Source of the DNA: Candidatus Omnitrophota bacterium
GTDB lineage: Bacteria; Ratteibacteria; UBA8468; MWAK01
NCBI GenBank assembly: GCA_043826355.1
Contig: JBDRQI010000004.1
Coordinates: 1 to 64,000 of the forward strand
Length of the DNA: 64,000 nt
Direction of reading: 5' to 3'
In this document: piece by piece, positions 29,859 to 40,029 of the stretch
How positions within the stretch are numbered: the first letter of the stretch is position 1
Layout: every line of letters begins with the position of its first letter
Position numbers and translations under genes: made by a program
The notes under the pieces: model-generated
Database searches by the model: none
The model's input: only the letters and a program-made list of their open reading frames with translations
Told to the model about the DNA's origin: nothing

Positions 29859-30398
29859 GTGAAGAAAAATGGTTTTACTTTAATTGAGCTTTTGGTTGTC
29901 ATCGCCATCATTTCCATTTTAGCGGCTTTGCTTCTGCCGGCGCTCTCGCAAGCGAGGGAAGGCGCCAGACGCACTAACTGTCTTAATAATTTAAAACAGT
30001 TAGGATTGGCTATGAGTATGTACCTCCAGGATAACGACGAAAGTTTCCCAACCGTTATTAATTGGGACGGTGAAGTCGGTGTCTATGTTTCGGATAATGA
30101 CCGGGTTTTTTCTTGTCCCAGCGAGAAGAGTGTTACCAACGGTTATGCCATAAACAGCAACGTGACCGGTCAGAAGTTTTCCGGAATTAGCCATTCATCA
30201 ACCTTTCCGTTGCTTTTTGACCGCAACCCGTCTGGAGCATTTCAGGGTAATCCTGACGACGACTCTGGTTTTTACTACGATATCTGTTCCGACCGGCACA
30301 GCAGAGGCACCAATTTTTTATTCCTGGATGGCCATGCAGCCTGGATTTCAAAACCAGCAGACGCAGGTACTTATGTTTTAAATTTTAGCGCCCAATAA
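29859..30398 (+). CDS. Prepilin-type N-terminal cleavage/methylation protein with H-X9-DG motif (DUF1559-like)
   Basis: [42 protein letters not shown]. Confidence 0.9.
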   Translation: MKKNGFTLIELLVVIAIISILAALLLPALSQAREGARRTNCLNNLKQLGLAMSMYLQDNDESFPTVINWDGEVGVYVSDNDRVFSCPSEKSVTNGYAINSNVTGQKFSGISHSSTFPLLFDRNPSGAFQGNPDDDSGFYYDICSDRHSRGTNFLFLDGHAAWISKPADAGTYVLNFSAQ

Positions 30399-30399
30399 A

Positions 30400-31977
30400 A
30401 TGATCCTGCCCCGTCTGGTTGATTTCGATTCGCAAACTGTTCCGGAGGAGGACACAGAAGTACTGATTATCGGCAGCGGCGCGGCCGGTCTTTCCGCTAG
30501 TTTGAGCGCAGCCAGAGCTGGCCGGCGCGTTATGCTGGCGGCAAAAAGCGGTTTTCTGGATACGGCTTCTGATCTGGCCCAGGGCGGAATCGCAGTTGCC
30601 CTTTCTCAGGATGATTCTCCGGAAAAACATCTTCAGGATACGCTCAACTCCGGTTCGGGATTGGCTGATCCTGAATCTGTTGAAGTGCTGGTCCGGGAAG
30701 GTCCGGAAAGAATCAGGGCTATGCTTTCTTCCGGTGCAATCTTCGCCCGGGATGGTTCCGGGCTTGCTTTTACCCGGGAAGGCGGCCATTCGTTGCCCCG
30801 CATTATTTATGCTTCCGGCGACCGCAGCGGTGCGGAAGTAATCCGTACACTCTCTCCTCTTGTTCTTCAGAACCGCCGGATTGAAATCAGAGAAAAATAT
30901 TTTTTGATAGATCTCATTACTTCGGGAAAGTCAGTCGTCGGCGGGCTTTTTTTTGAAGGGGAAAAAAAGATTCCTTTGTTTGTTCGGGCCGCCAGCGTAG
31001 TTCTGGCGACCGGCGGTTCCGGCCAGTTGTTTCAAGAGACAACCAACCCCACCATCTCCACCGGGGATGGTATGGCGGTCGCCTATCGCAGCGGGGCAAC
31101 CCTGCGTGACCTGGAGTTTATTCAGTTTCACCCGACCGTTTTTTATGTGGCCGGTGCCCCGCGATTTCTGATTTCCGAAGCGGTGAGAGGCGAAGGCGCG
31201 TTCCTGGTCAACGACCGTCAGGAACGTTTCATGCGTTCCTACCATCCTGACGCAGAACTTGCTTCCCGCGATGTGGTTGCCCGGGCCATTCTGGACCAAA
31301 TGAAACGTCAGGCCGCGCGGAATGTCTACCTGGACTGCCGTTCCATCGGCCCCAACTTCAAGAAGCGGTTTCCCTCCATTTATGCCATGGTCCAGCGTTT
31401 CCGGATGGATCCGGCCCATGACCTCATTCCGGTTCGGCCGGCCGCCCATTATATGATGGGCGGAGTCAAAACTGACCTCAACGGCATCACGGAGTTGGAA
31501 AACCTTTTTGCCTGCGGAGAGGTTGCTTGTACCGGTGTTCATGGTGCCAACCGCCTGGGCAGCAATTCTCTGCTGGAGTGCCTGGTTTTCGGAGACCGGG
31601 CCGGGGCTGCGGCCGCCGTTGGAAAGCATATTTTTCGGGGCCGCATTCAGTTTACCCGGCGCTGGAAAGATTTCCATTTGGACGTAGTTGACCTTAAACG
31701 GTCGCTCAACGCATTGGTCTGGCGTCATTGCGGCATAGAGCGGGAAGGTAACGATTTGGAATTTACCCTGGAGAAATTAAAAGAATGGCAGAGTTATGCT
31801 TTTTCCGCCCGTTTCTTTGATTCTGCCGGATGGGAGATGCAGAACATGCTTATGCTTGCCGGTCTCATTGCGCAAAGCGCCTGGGAAAGGACTGAAAGCC
31901 GGGGCGCGCATTTCCGCACCGATTTTCCGGAAAGAGATGATGTAAGGTGCCGCCGGCATATCGACCGACGATTATGA
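30400..31977 (+). CDS. nadB: L-aspartate oxidase
   Basis: GSGAAGL, AQGGIA, EFIQFHPT, LISEAVRGEG, GVHGANRLGSNSLLE, ESRGAH. Confidence 0.95.
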   Translation: MILPRLVDFDSQTVPEEDTEVLIIGSGAAGLSASLSAARAGRRVMLAAKSGFLDTASDLAQGGIAVALSQDDSPEKHLQDTLNSGSGLADPESVEVLVREGPERIRAMLSSGAIFARDGSGLAFTREGGHSLPRIIYASGDRSGAEVIRTLSPLVLQNRRIEIREKYFLIDLITSGKSVVGGLFFEGEKKIPLFVRAASVVLATGGSGQLFQETTNPTISTGDGMAVAYRSGATLRDLEFIQFHPTVFYVAGAPRFLISEAVRGEGAFLVNDRQERFMRSYHPDAELASRDVVARAILDQMKRQAARNVYLDCRSIGPNFKKRFPSIYAMVQRFRMDPAHDLIPVRPAAHYMMGGVKTDLNGITELENLFACGEVACTGVHGANRLGSNSLLECLVFGDRAGAAAAVGKHIFRGRIQFTRRWKDFHLDVVDLKRSLNALVWRHCGIEREGNDLEFTLEKLKEWQSYAFSARFFDSAGWEMQNMLMLAGLIAQSAWERTESRGAHFRTDFPERDDVRCRRHIDRRL

Positions 31978-33497
31978 ATATCTATCCCTCTTTTGCGGAG
32001 TTTGACCGGCTGGCAAAAGAAGCCAACTTTATACCGGTCTCCTGCGAAATTTTAGCCGACCTGGAAACCCCGGTCTCCGCCTATCTTAAGGTGGTGGGCG
32101 CAAAACCCGGTTTTCTGCTGGAAAGCGCCGAGGGTGGCGAGCGTTTCGGCCGTTATTCATTTCTGGGAACCGACCCAAGCGCGATTATCCGTACCAGGGG
32201 AAATCGGATTGAGATTGAAACGGAAATCGCAAAAGAAGTAATGGAAGAAAGCCCGTTTCCGTTTTTACGAAAATATCTTTCCGGGTTTAAAGTGGCTGTT
32301 GACCCGACGCTTCCCCGTTTTTCCGGCGGTTTGGTCGGCTATTTTTCCTACGACGTTGTCCGGTTTTTTGAGAATTTGCCGGACATTAAAGAAGATGACC
32401 AAAAATTACCGGATATGCAGTTATTCCTGGCCGATACCATTCTTGCTTTTGACCACTTCCGGCACCGGCTCAAAATTATAACCCACGCCCGTCCGGAAAA
32501 TGGCTCCGAGAAAGCTTATGAAGGCGCTAAAAGACGGATAGCAGAGATAATCAGCCGCCTGTCATCATCTTCCCTCCCCTTTTGCGCCAAAGGCGCACTC
32601 GCCTCTGGCGAGGACGGGGGAAGGAAGGTGGGGGTGAAAGGTAGCGGAAAATCTCAGTTTCAGAGCAATTTCACCCGTCCGGAATTCGAAAAGGCGGTTC
32701 TTAAGGTTAAAGAATATATTTGGAAAGGAGACGTGATTCAGGTTGTTCTTTCCCAGCGGCTCTGCGTTGATTATCCGAAGTCCGGGCCAGACCCCTTTAA
32801 CCTTTACCGGGCGATTCGTGCCATCAACCCTTCTCCGTATCTTTACTATTTTAATTTTGACAAAACCATCCTGGTTGGTTCGTCTCCGGAAGTAATGGTG
32901 CGTCTGGAAGAAAGTAAGGCCACTTTGAGACCGATTGCCGGGACCAGGCCCAGGGGTTTGAACGAGTCGGAAGACCGGGAACTGGAAGAGGATTTAAAAA
33001 AAGACGAAAAAGAGAAGGCGGAGCACATTATGCTGGTTGACCTGGGCCGCAATGATTTAGGCCGGGTCTGTCAGTCCGGAACGGTCGGGGTAACCGAATT
33101 GATGGTCGTGGAAAAGTATTCCCACGTAATGCACCTGGTAAGCAATATCACCGGTGACCTGTTGTCGGATAAGGACGCTTTTGACCTTTTCTCCGCCGCG
33201 TTTCCGGCCGGCACCGTCTCCGGCGCGCCCAAAATACGGGCAATGGAAATAATTGAGGAGTTAGAACCGATTAAACGCGGTCCTTATGCCGGGGCGGTCG
33301 GATATTTTGATTTTTCCGGAAACCTTGATACCTGTATTACCATCCGGACGGTCTGGATTGAAGAAGGCAAGGCCTATCTTCAGGTAGGCGCAGGCATCGT
33401 GGCCGATTCGGTCCCATCCAGAGAATATGACGAAACGTTGAATAAAGGCCGTGCGTTTCTGGAGGCGTTCCGTCTGGCATCTTCCGGCCTGTTATAA
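31974..33497 (+). CDS. trpE: Anthranilate synthase component I (ATG 31974 overlaps the nadB stop)
   Basis: LLESAEGGERFGRYS, NPSPY, GSSPE, PIAGT, EHIMLVDLGRND, FPAGTVSGAPK. Confidence 0.93.
   Translation: MNIYPSFAEFDRLAKEANFIPVSCEILADLETPVSAYLKVVGAKPGFLLESAEGGERFGRYSFLGTDPSAIIRTRGNRIEIETEIAKEVMEESPFPFLRKYLSGFKVAVDPTLPRFSGGLVGYFSYDVVRFFENLPDIKEDDQKLPDMQLFLADTILAFDHFRHRLKIITHARPENGSEKAYEGAKRRIAEIISRLSSSSLPFCAKGALASGEDGGRKVGVKGSGKSQFQSNFTRPEFEKAVLKVKEYIWKGDVIQVVLSQRLCVDYPKSGPDPFNLYRAIRAINPSPYLYYFNFDKTILVGSSPEVMVRLEESKATLRPIAGTRPRGLNESEDRELEEDLKKDEKEKAEHIMLVDLGRNDLGRVCQSGTVGVTELMVVEKYSHVMHLVSNITGDLLSDKDAFDLFSAAFPAGTVSGAPKIRAMEIIEELEPIKRGPYAGAVGYFDFSGNLDTCITIRTVWIEEGKAYLQVGAGIVADSVPSREYDETLNKGRAFLEAFRLASSGLL
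32571..32638. repeat. REP-like palindromic element inserted in frame within trpE
   Basis: CCCTCCCC...GGGGGAAGG..GGTGGGGGTGA shell with inner hairpins; similar shell at 50001-50060. Confidence 0.65.
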
Positions 33498-33504
33498 ATT
33501 AACG

Positions 33505-33613
33505 TGTCATCCTGAGCCGTAGTTGCGAAGGATCTCGCTTTAAGGAGTAGATCCTTCACTATCGTTCAGGATGACAAAGTACGTCAGATTCTTCGCTGAC
33601 GCTCAGAATGACA
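33505..33613. repeat. TGTCATCCTGA...AGAATGACA palindromic repeat, family C copy 1
   Basis: GTCATCCTGA/TCAGGATGAC and GAAGGATCT/AGATCCTTC stems; direct repeat at 34189-34302. Confidence 0.85.
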
Positions 33614-33619
33614 AACACT

Positions 33620-34186
33620 ATGGTTCTACTAATCGATAACTACGATTCTTTCACCTACAACATTTTTCAGGAGATTTCGGAATTGGGCGCTGAGGTCCGG
33701 GTTGTTCGCAACGACCGGATTACGATTGATGAAGTTTTGCGTATGGCGCCGGAGAGGGTTATAATTTCACCGGGTCCGGGCCGACCGGAAAATGCCGGTA
33801 TTTCAGTGTCTCTGATTAAAGAACTGGCGGGGAAAATTCCGGTTTTGGGGGTTTGTCTTGGTCATCAGGCGCTTGGATATGCTTACGGCGGCAAGATTGT
33901 CGGAGCAAAACGATTGATGCACGGCAAGATTTCGAGGATTTTTCACGACGGCTCCGGAATCTTTGCCGGAATCCCGGACCCTTTTGAAGCGACCCGTTAC
34001 CACTCTTTACTGGTTGAAAAGGAAACCCTTCCGGACTCTCTCAAAATTATTGCCTGGACCGAGGAGAAGGAGATTATGGGTTTACAGGTTATGGGTTTGC
34101 CGCTCTTCGGCGTTCAGTTCCATCCGGAGTCAATTCTGACCAAAGAGGGCATCAATATCTTGCAAAACTTCCTGAAGGTAACGTAG
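33620..34186 (+). CDS. trpG: Anthranilate synthase component II / glutamine amidotransferase
   Basis: IDNYDSFTYN, SPGPG, GVCLGHQ, RYHSL, QFHPES; ATG 33608 lies inside the repeat, so 33620 is preferred. Confidence 0.9.
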   Translation: MVLLIDNYDSFTYNIFQEISELGAEVRVVRNDRITIDEVLRMAPERVIISPGPGRPENAGISVSLIKELAGKIPVLGVCLGHQALGYAYGGKIVGAKRLMHGKISRIFHDGSGIFAGIPDPFEATRYHSLLVEKETLPDSLKIIAWTEEKEIMGLQVMGLPLFGVQFHPESILTKEGINILQNFLKVT

Positions 34187-34188
34187 TA

Positions 34189-34302
34189 TGTCATCCTGAG
34201 CCGTTGTTGCGAAGGATCTCTCTTTTTATTAAGGATTAGATCCTTCGGTTCCCTCAGGATGACACAATACGTCAGATTCTTCGGCTGTGCCTCAGAATGA
34301 CA
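34189..34302. repeat. Family C palindromic repeat copy 2, between convergent trpG and dnaJ (may act as terminator)
   Basis: Closely similar to 33505-33613. Confidence 0.85.
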
Positions 34303-34307
34303 GATAA

Positions 34308-35417
34308 TTATTTCTTGCTTTTCGGGTAGGTACGCCGGGTAGCGCGTTTTTCAAAATCTTCCAGAAGACGGCGTTCTTCAACGGTCAGGTTTACCGGAGT
34401 TTCAATTATTATCCGTACCAGTTGGTCTCCCCGTCCGTAACCGGAAATATTCGGTATGCCCCTTCCGCGCAGGCGCAAAACCGTGCCGGTTTGTGTTCCG
34501 CCCGGTATCTTCATCCGAACATCTCCTTTGAGCGTCGGCACTTCCTTTTCCGTTCCGAGTGCCGCTTCGCTGAAGGTAATAAACTGTTCGTAAAGAAGGT
34601 TGTTTCCCTCCCGCCGGAATAAAGGGTCTTCTTCCACGAAAACGTTGAGGTAAAGGTTGCCGGACGGACCTCCCTGAATACCGACGTTACCCTTGCCGTG
34701 AACACGTAGTTTGGACCCGTTTTCAATCCCGGCCGGAATCGTTACCTGAAGACGTTCTTTCTCCCTCACCCTGCCTTTTCCGTTGCAGTTGCGGCAGGGT
34801 TTTTCAATGACTTCGCCCGCGCCGCCGCACCTCGGGCAGGTTTGGCTGATGGAGAAGAAGCCCTGGTTATGCCTGATCTGCCCGTCCCCATCGCACTGGG
34901 GGCAGGTCCGCTTGCCGGTATCGGCTGAAGCGCCGGTGCCGTTACAGGATTGGCAGGTAGTCAGCCGCGTCAGCGATACCTCTTTTTTGACACCTTCCGC
35001 CGCTTCTTTTAGCGGAATTCTGACCGAGGCCTCTATGTCCTCTCCGCGAAAAACCGGTTCCCGCCGCCGGGAACCGGTTCCGGACGTCCCGCGGAAAAAA
35101 CTAAAGAGGTCGTCAAAGGAACCTTGGCCAAAAATATCTCCAAAATCCCGCTGAACCCGGCTCCAATCGTCGGTCGGGTTGAAGCCGCTGCTTTCAATTC
35201 CCGGAAAACCGAACTGGTCGTAAGTGGCGCGTTTCTGGGAATCACTTAAGACCTCGTAAGATTCGGTTGCTTCCTTGAACTTTTCCTCCGCTTCTTTATT
35301 CCCGGGATTCCGGTCGGGGTGAAACCGGAGCGCCAGTTTTCGGTAGGCTTCCTTGATTTCATCGTTGCTGGCGTCTTTCTTGACGTCTAAAACTTCATAA
35401 TAATCTCTCTTCGCCAT
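34308..35417 (-). CDS. dnaJ: Chaperone DnaJ
   Basis: J-domain HPD, G/F region, four CxxCxGxG repeats. Confidence 0.97.
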   Translation of the reverse strand: MAKRDYYEVLDVKKDASNDEIKEAYRKLALRFHPDRNPGNKEAEEKFKEATESYEVLSDSQKRATYDQFGFPGIESSGFNPTDDWSRVQRDFGDIFGQGSFDDLFSFFRGTSGTGSRRREPVFRGEDIEASVRIPLKEAAEGVKKEVSLTRLTTCQSCNGTGASADTGKRTCPQCDGDGQIRHNQGFFSISQTCPRCGGAGEVIEKPCRNCNGKGRVREKERLQVTIPAGIENGSKLRVHGKGNVGIQGGPSGNLYLNVFVEEDPLFRREGNNLLYEQFITFSEAALGTEKEVPTLKGDVRMKIPGGTQTGTVLRLRGRGIPNISGYGRGDQLVRIIIETPVNLTVEERRLLEDFEKRATRRTYPKSKK

Positions 35418-35678
35418 CTTTTTTCCTGTTATTTTTATTTCCGCGTAAAAACATTGTCATTCCCGCATTTACTGAGCGGGAATCCATAGATACTAAAGTA
35501 GTGCGAACCCCCCGCCTGCGCTTAAAGCTACGGCGGGTAAACTTTTAGGGCCGCTAATATATGGGAGGGGTTTTATCTCTTCACTATTTTACCCGATTCG
35601 CGTATTTTTTTCAATTTTACAACCGGCCCGAACATGCGGCCCGAACATGCGCCAAATTTTAAGATTATGAAGATGTAA

Positions 35679-36545
35679 TTATTTAACTTCCGCCAGCAAC
35701 TTTTCCAACCGCCGGCCGTAATCAATGTAATTCCGGTAGCGGATTTCCGCTTCCGATTTGACGCTTGAATCATGGAAAACGACCGCCATATGCGGCTCTA
35801 TGGAAAAACCGCCTTCGTAACCGTTCTTTAAAAGGTCGGCTAAGATTTCCTTTACGTATCCGTTGCCTTCGCCGGGAAAAGTGAAGACCGGTTTGTCGCC
35901 GTCCATGTAGCCGTCTTTAATGTGAACGTAAATGATCTGTTCCCGCACCGCCCGGTAGAATTCCAGAGAATTCTGTTTTTTATACGGTTTTTGTCCGCGC
36001 ACGTCTTCGTTAAAGACCGGGTTTCCGGTATCAAAGACCAATTTCAGGGCAGGGGAGTCAACCTCTTCCAGGAGCCGCAGGGTGTGTTCGTGAGAGAGGG
36101 CTCCCCAACCGGAACAGTTTTCGTGGACACAGATAATTCCGTTGTCTTCGGCCATTTTGGCGATTACTTTTACTCTTTTAATTGCTTCAGCGGACCAGTC
36201 CTGGTCCAGCGCTTCCGGCGGGATGGCGAAACTCATAATCCGAATCATTTTTGTACCCAGCCGCTTCATCCGGGGGATAGCGCGTTCCATCTCCGCGTAA
36301 CTCTTGTCCGGCGGTTCGGTCATCTTCTGAGACCAGTTGGCTATTCCGCTGCCGAAACAGTTGACGCTGATGCCGGCGGATTGGAGTTTAGCGCAGACCT
36401 CGGAAAATTTATCCTCGGTGACAGAGGTGAGGTTGACGCCGTCAATCGTGCGGGCCTCAATAAATTTCCAGCCCAATTCTTTAGTTGCTCTGGTTTGGCC
36501 GTTAATGTCTCCGGCTGCTTCATCTGCAAATCCGGTAAGGTACAT
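35679..36545 (-). CDS. Sugar phosphate isomerase/epimerase (xylose isomerase-like TIM barrel)
   Basis: HEN, FDTGN, HIKD, GEG, SIEPH metal motifs. Confidence 0.85.
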   Translation of the reverse strand: MYLTGFADEAAGDINGQTRATKELGWKFIEARTIDGVNLTSVTEDKFSEVCAKLQSAGISVNCFGSGIANWSQKMTEPPDKSYAEMERAIPRMKRLGTKMIRIMSFAIPPEALDQDWSAEAIKRVKVIAKMAEDNGIICVHENCSGWGALSHEHTLRLLEEVDSPALKLVFDTGNPVFNEDVRGQKPYKKQNSLEFYRAVREQIIYVHIKDGYMDGDKPVFTFPGEGNGYVKEILADLLKNGYEGGFSIEPHMAVVFHDSSVKSEAEIRYRNYIDYGRRLEKLLAEVK

Positions 36546-36568
36546 CGGGCTCTCCTTTTAAATGTGTT

Positions 36569-36618
36569 GCAGGGGGCGGATTTATCCGTCCCGCGGGCAC
36601 GATGAATTGCGCCCCTGC
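36569..36618. repeat. GTAG/GCAG-type REP doublet
   Basis: GCAGGGG...GCCCCTGC; homologous to 49337-49386. Confidence 0.75.
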
Positions 36619-36669
36619 GTTTAATTCAGCCAATATTATAACATTTTTCGTATTTTTCCTCCTATTGTT

Positions 36670-36698
36670 TTGACATTTCTCTGATTTTTTGGTAATAT
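36670..36698 (+). promoter_or_regulatory. Putative sigma70 promoter of clpC
   Basis: TTGACA-17 nt-TAATAT with a TG extended -10. Confidence 0.6.
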
Positions 36699-36722
36699 TA
36701 TTTCGCGACTCTGAGGAAAAAT

Positions 36723-39194
36723 ATGGCTGGGTTTGACCGTTTTACCAATCAAGTACGCCGGATGCTGGACTTGGCGAGGGATGAAGCGATACGCTTTGGC
36801 CAGGATGCTATCGGCAGCGAACACCTGCTGCTGGCTATTTTGCGTGAAGGACAAGGCATAGCCGCCGCTGCTTTAACCAACCTTGGCTATGAATTGGGTT
36901 ATATTCTGCTTGAAGTGGAGAAAGGCATTCCCGTTATTCCTGTGATTCAATTTCAGGGTTCCCTGCCGCTTAATCACCAAGCTAAGCGGGCCCTGGAATT
37001 AGGGGTGGAGGAAGCCCGCCGGTCTGCCTGTACCTATATCGGCACCGAACACATTCTTTTGGGAATTTTGCAGGAAGGAGAGAGTTTGGCAAGTCAGGTG
37101 CTTCTTCGTCTCGGCCTTTCAGTAGACCGTACGCGGCAGGCAATCTCCGAACTATCGTCTTATTCGGAACAACAGGAAGCTGGAGCCAGGAAGAAAAATT
37201 CCGCCCTGAAGGTTTTTGGCCGGGACCTGACTAAACTTGCCCGGGAAAAGAAATTGGACCCGGTAATCGCCCGCCAGCCGGAGATTGAACGTTTGTTCCA
37301 GATTCTTTGCCGGCGCCGTAAAAATAATCCGGTGCTTATCGGCGAAGCCGGTGTCGGCAAAACCGCTATCGTGGAGGGCTTTGTTCAGGCGCTGGTTTCC
37401 GGTTCGGTGCCGGAACTTCTGGAAAACCGGCCGGTAATAATGCTGGATTTGACCGCGCTGGTCGCGGGCACCAAATACCGGGGTGAGTTTGAACAGCGGT
37501 TGAAAACGATTCTGGAAGAAGTTGCGGAAAGTAAGGCAATCGTTTTTATTGACGAATTGCACGCCCTGATTGGCGCCGGGGGGGCTGAGGGCGCGATGGA
37601 CGCATCCCATATCCTGAAACCCGCCCTGGTCTCCGGCGAGTTCCAGTGTATTGGCGCCACCACCAGCACCGAATACCGCAAACATATTGAAAAAGATGCG
37701 GCCTTGGAGCGGCGGTTTCAGAGTGTTTTTGTGGTTCCACCCAGCCTGCCGGACACGATTGAGATTCTGAAGGGGTTGCGGCCCAAATATCAGGAACACC
37801 ACGGAGTGGAAATCAGTGACGCGGCCATCCGGTCCGCCGTCCGTCTTTCCGACCGCTACATCACCGGAAGATTTCTGCCGGATAAGGCGATTGATGTTCT
37901 GGATGAGGCTTGTGCCTGCGTGCGCCTGGCGCGGTACGGAAAACTTCCCGGTAAATTGAGGGTTTTGGAAACCGAACTGAAAAAAATTTCGGAGAGCCGC
38001 GAAAAAGCCATACATGATTTGGATTATGAAAATGCCATTCGCTTCCGGGACCAGGAGCGGTCGGTCCGGCTGCATTTCCAGGAGTTGAAAAATGAGTGGC
38101 GCAAGGGTATTTCTACAGCCGAAAATATGGTAACCGAACAGGAAATTGCGGAGACGGTCAGTCGCTGGACCGGTATCGCCGTTCAGCGATTTTCCGAAGA
38201 TGAGGGCCAACATTTGCTGGGCATGGAATTGGAGCTTGGCCGTTGCGTAATCGGCCAGAAAGAAGCGGTTGAGACTGTTTCCCGGGCCATCAGGCGCAGC
38301 CGCGCCGGCATAAAGGACCGGAACCGGCCAATCGGTTCATTCTTTTTTTTGGGGCCGACCGGCGTCGGTAAAACCTACCTGGCAAAAGTTCTGGCTCAGT
38401 TTCTTTTTAAGGACCGGGAAGCGCTTGTCCAGATAGATATGAGTGAATATATGGAACGGTTTTCAACCTCCCGGTTAATCGGCGCGCCGCCCGGTTACGT
38501 CGGCTACGAGGAGGGAGGCCAGTTAACGGAAAGAATCAGGCACCGGCCTTATTCGGTGGTTCTGTTGGATGAGTTTGAAAAGGCCCATCCGGACGTTCAT
38601 AATCTGTTGCTGCAAGTTTTGGAGGAAGGTCACCTGACCGACAGTTTCGGCCGCCGCGTGGACTTTCGCAATACGGTTATAATTTTAACTTCCAATCTGG
38701 GAACCCGGAACCTGAAAACAGACGCAAGTCTCGGTTTTGTGTCTCAGGAGGAAGGGTTGATGGAATACCGGGAAATGCAGACGCTTCTGAAGTCGGAAGC
38801 GGAAAGAATTTTCCAACCCGAGTTTTTGAACCGGATTGATGAAATTGTAGTCTTTAAAAGTCTTTCTCCGGAGGATGTTTCTGCCATTGTGCGTCTTGAA
38901 GTCGGCAAAGTCGTCGCGCGTCTTAAGGAAGAAAATTTATCAGTCAGTCTGGATGAAAAGACATACCGGTTTTTGGAAAAAGAGGGTTTCAATGCCCAGC
39001 TGGGCGCCCGGCCGCTAAAAAGGGTTATCACCAAATATATTGAGGACCGTCTTTCCGAGGAGTTGCTGTCCGGAAATCTCCATCCGGGAGACACCGTGTT
39101 GATTTCTACCGGCTCCGGCAACAAACGGCTTTGTATCCAAGTTAGAAAAACCATTCTAAAACGTAATGCGACCCCTTCCGGGTCGTTAATGTAG
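36723..39194 (+). CDS. clpC: ATP-dependent Clp protease ATP-binding subunit ClpC
   Basis: Clp N repeats, two AAA modules ([16 protein letters not shown]), short UVR-like middle domain, LGF ClpP-docking loop. Confidence 0.93.
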   Translation: MAGFDRFTNQVRRMLDLARDEAIRFGQDAIGSEHLLLAILREGQGIAAAALTNLGYELGYILLEVEKGIPVIPVIQFQGSLPLNHQAKRALELGVEEARRSACTYIGTEHILLGILQEGESLASQVLLRLGLSVDRTRQAISELSSYSEQQEAGARKKNSALKVFGRDLTKLAREKKLDPVIARQPEIERLFQILCRRRKNNPVLIGEAGVGKTAIVEGFVQALVSGSVPELLENRPVIMLDLTALVAGTKYRGEFEQRLKTILEEVAESKAIVFIDELHALIGAGGAEGAMDASHILKPALVSGEFQCIGATTSTEYRKHIEKDAALERRFQSVFVVPPSLPDTIEILKGLRPKYQEHHGVEISDAAIRSAVRLSDRYITGRFLPDKAIDVLDEACACVRLARYGKLPGKLRVLETELKKISESREKAIHDLDYENAIRFRDQERSVRLHFQELKNEWRKGISTAENMVTEQEIAETVSRWTGIAVQRFSEDEGQHLLGMELELGRCVIGQKEAVETVSRAIRRSRAGIKDRNRPIGSFFFLGPTGVGKTYLAKVLAQFLFKDREALVQIDMSEYMERFSTSRLIGAPPGYVGYEEGGQLTERIRHRPYSVVLLDEFEKAHPDVHNLLLQVLEEGHLTDSFGRRVDFRNTVIILTSNLGTRNLKTDASLGFVSQEEGLMEYREMQTLLKSEAERIFQPEFLNRIDEIVVFKSLSPEDVSAIVRLEVGKVVARLKEENLSVSLDEKTYRFLEKEGFNAQLGARPLKRVITKYIEDRLSEELLSGNLHPGDTVLISTGSGNKRLCIQVRKTILKRNATPSGSLM

Positions 39195-39301
39195 GGGAGG
39201 GGCTGCGCCCCCTCCCGCAGGTCCCGTATGGGTGGCTGTTGCTTTTTACGGGGCGGGTTTAACAAACTAAATTTTTTGCGCAACAGGAGGATAAGAACAG
39301 G

Positions 39302-39946
39302 ATGGATAAGAATTTTCTTTTTAAAAACAGAGAAACGATAGTTTTTATCGGAGACAGCATTACCGACTGCGGCCGACGGGACCAGTTTTTTCCTTATGGC
39401 AACGGATACGTGAAAATGGCGATTGATTTGGTAACCGCTTGCTGCCCGGAAAAGTCCTTTACTTATTTCAACAGAGGGATAAGCGGCGATACGGTAGAAG
39501 GTCTCAATAACCGGTGGCACGACGACCTGATTCTCCTGAAACCGGACTGGGTTTTCATTCTGATTGGAATCAACGACCTGCATAGTTTTCTGATGAATTC
39601 AAGTATTCTGCCTTCGGATAAGTACGAAAAATTATATCGTGCAATTTTAAAACGGACCAAACAGGAGACAAAAGCAAAATTGATTTTGCTGGAGCCGTTC
39701 TATATCAGCAACGATTTTGAGGGTGATAGTTTTCGGTCCCGGGTTTTAAAAACGATACCGGACTATATCAAAATCGTGCGTCGGCTGGCCGAAGAATTTG
39801 GTGCGTTATTAATTAAAACGCACGACATCTTTCAAAAACAGTTAAAATACCGGCCGGCAGATACCTTTTGTCCGGAACCGGTTCACCCGAATGGGACCGG
39901 CCACCTGGTAATCGCCCACGAACTGCTTAAGGCAGTAAACTTTTAA
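39302..39946 (+). CDS. SGNH/GDSL hydrolase
   Basis: GDSITD, GISG, GIND, VHP. Confidence 0.9.
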   Translation: MDKNFLFKNRETIVFIGDSITDCGRRDQFFPYGNGYVKMAIDLVTACCPEKSFTYFNRGISGDTVEGLNNRWHDDLILLKPDWVFILIGINDLHSFLMNSSILPSDKYEKLYRAILKRTKQETKAKLILLEPFYISNDFEGDSFRSRVLKTIPDYIKIVRRLAEEFGALLIKTHDIFQKQLKYRPADTFCPEPVHPNGTGHLVIAHELLKAVNF

Positions 39947-40029
39947 TTTCGCAGTGCGCGGAGCGCCTGTAGTTGCCGAGCTTGCTCGGCGCCCCCGCGT
40001 AAACTGTTAATTTAACAGGAGGATATACG

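Noticed and set aside
31900..31974. Trp attenuator or T-box upstream of trpE
   Set aside because: trpE overlaps the nadB stop; there is no leader region.
35624..35649. 13-bp tandem duplication CGGCCCGAACATG; also AATCACCGTAATC twice at 8543-8579 and heptamer runs near 15745, 18335 and 29075
   Set aside because: Short low-copy intergenic repeats with no evidence of function beyond the general repeat load.
37152..38213. Long antisense ORFs (also 30931-31728, 38744-39583, 40456-41331, 35922-36605) and the alternate-frame ORF 56213-56911
   Set aside because: Shadows of well-supported genes, with no recognisable motifs.
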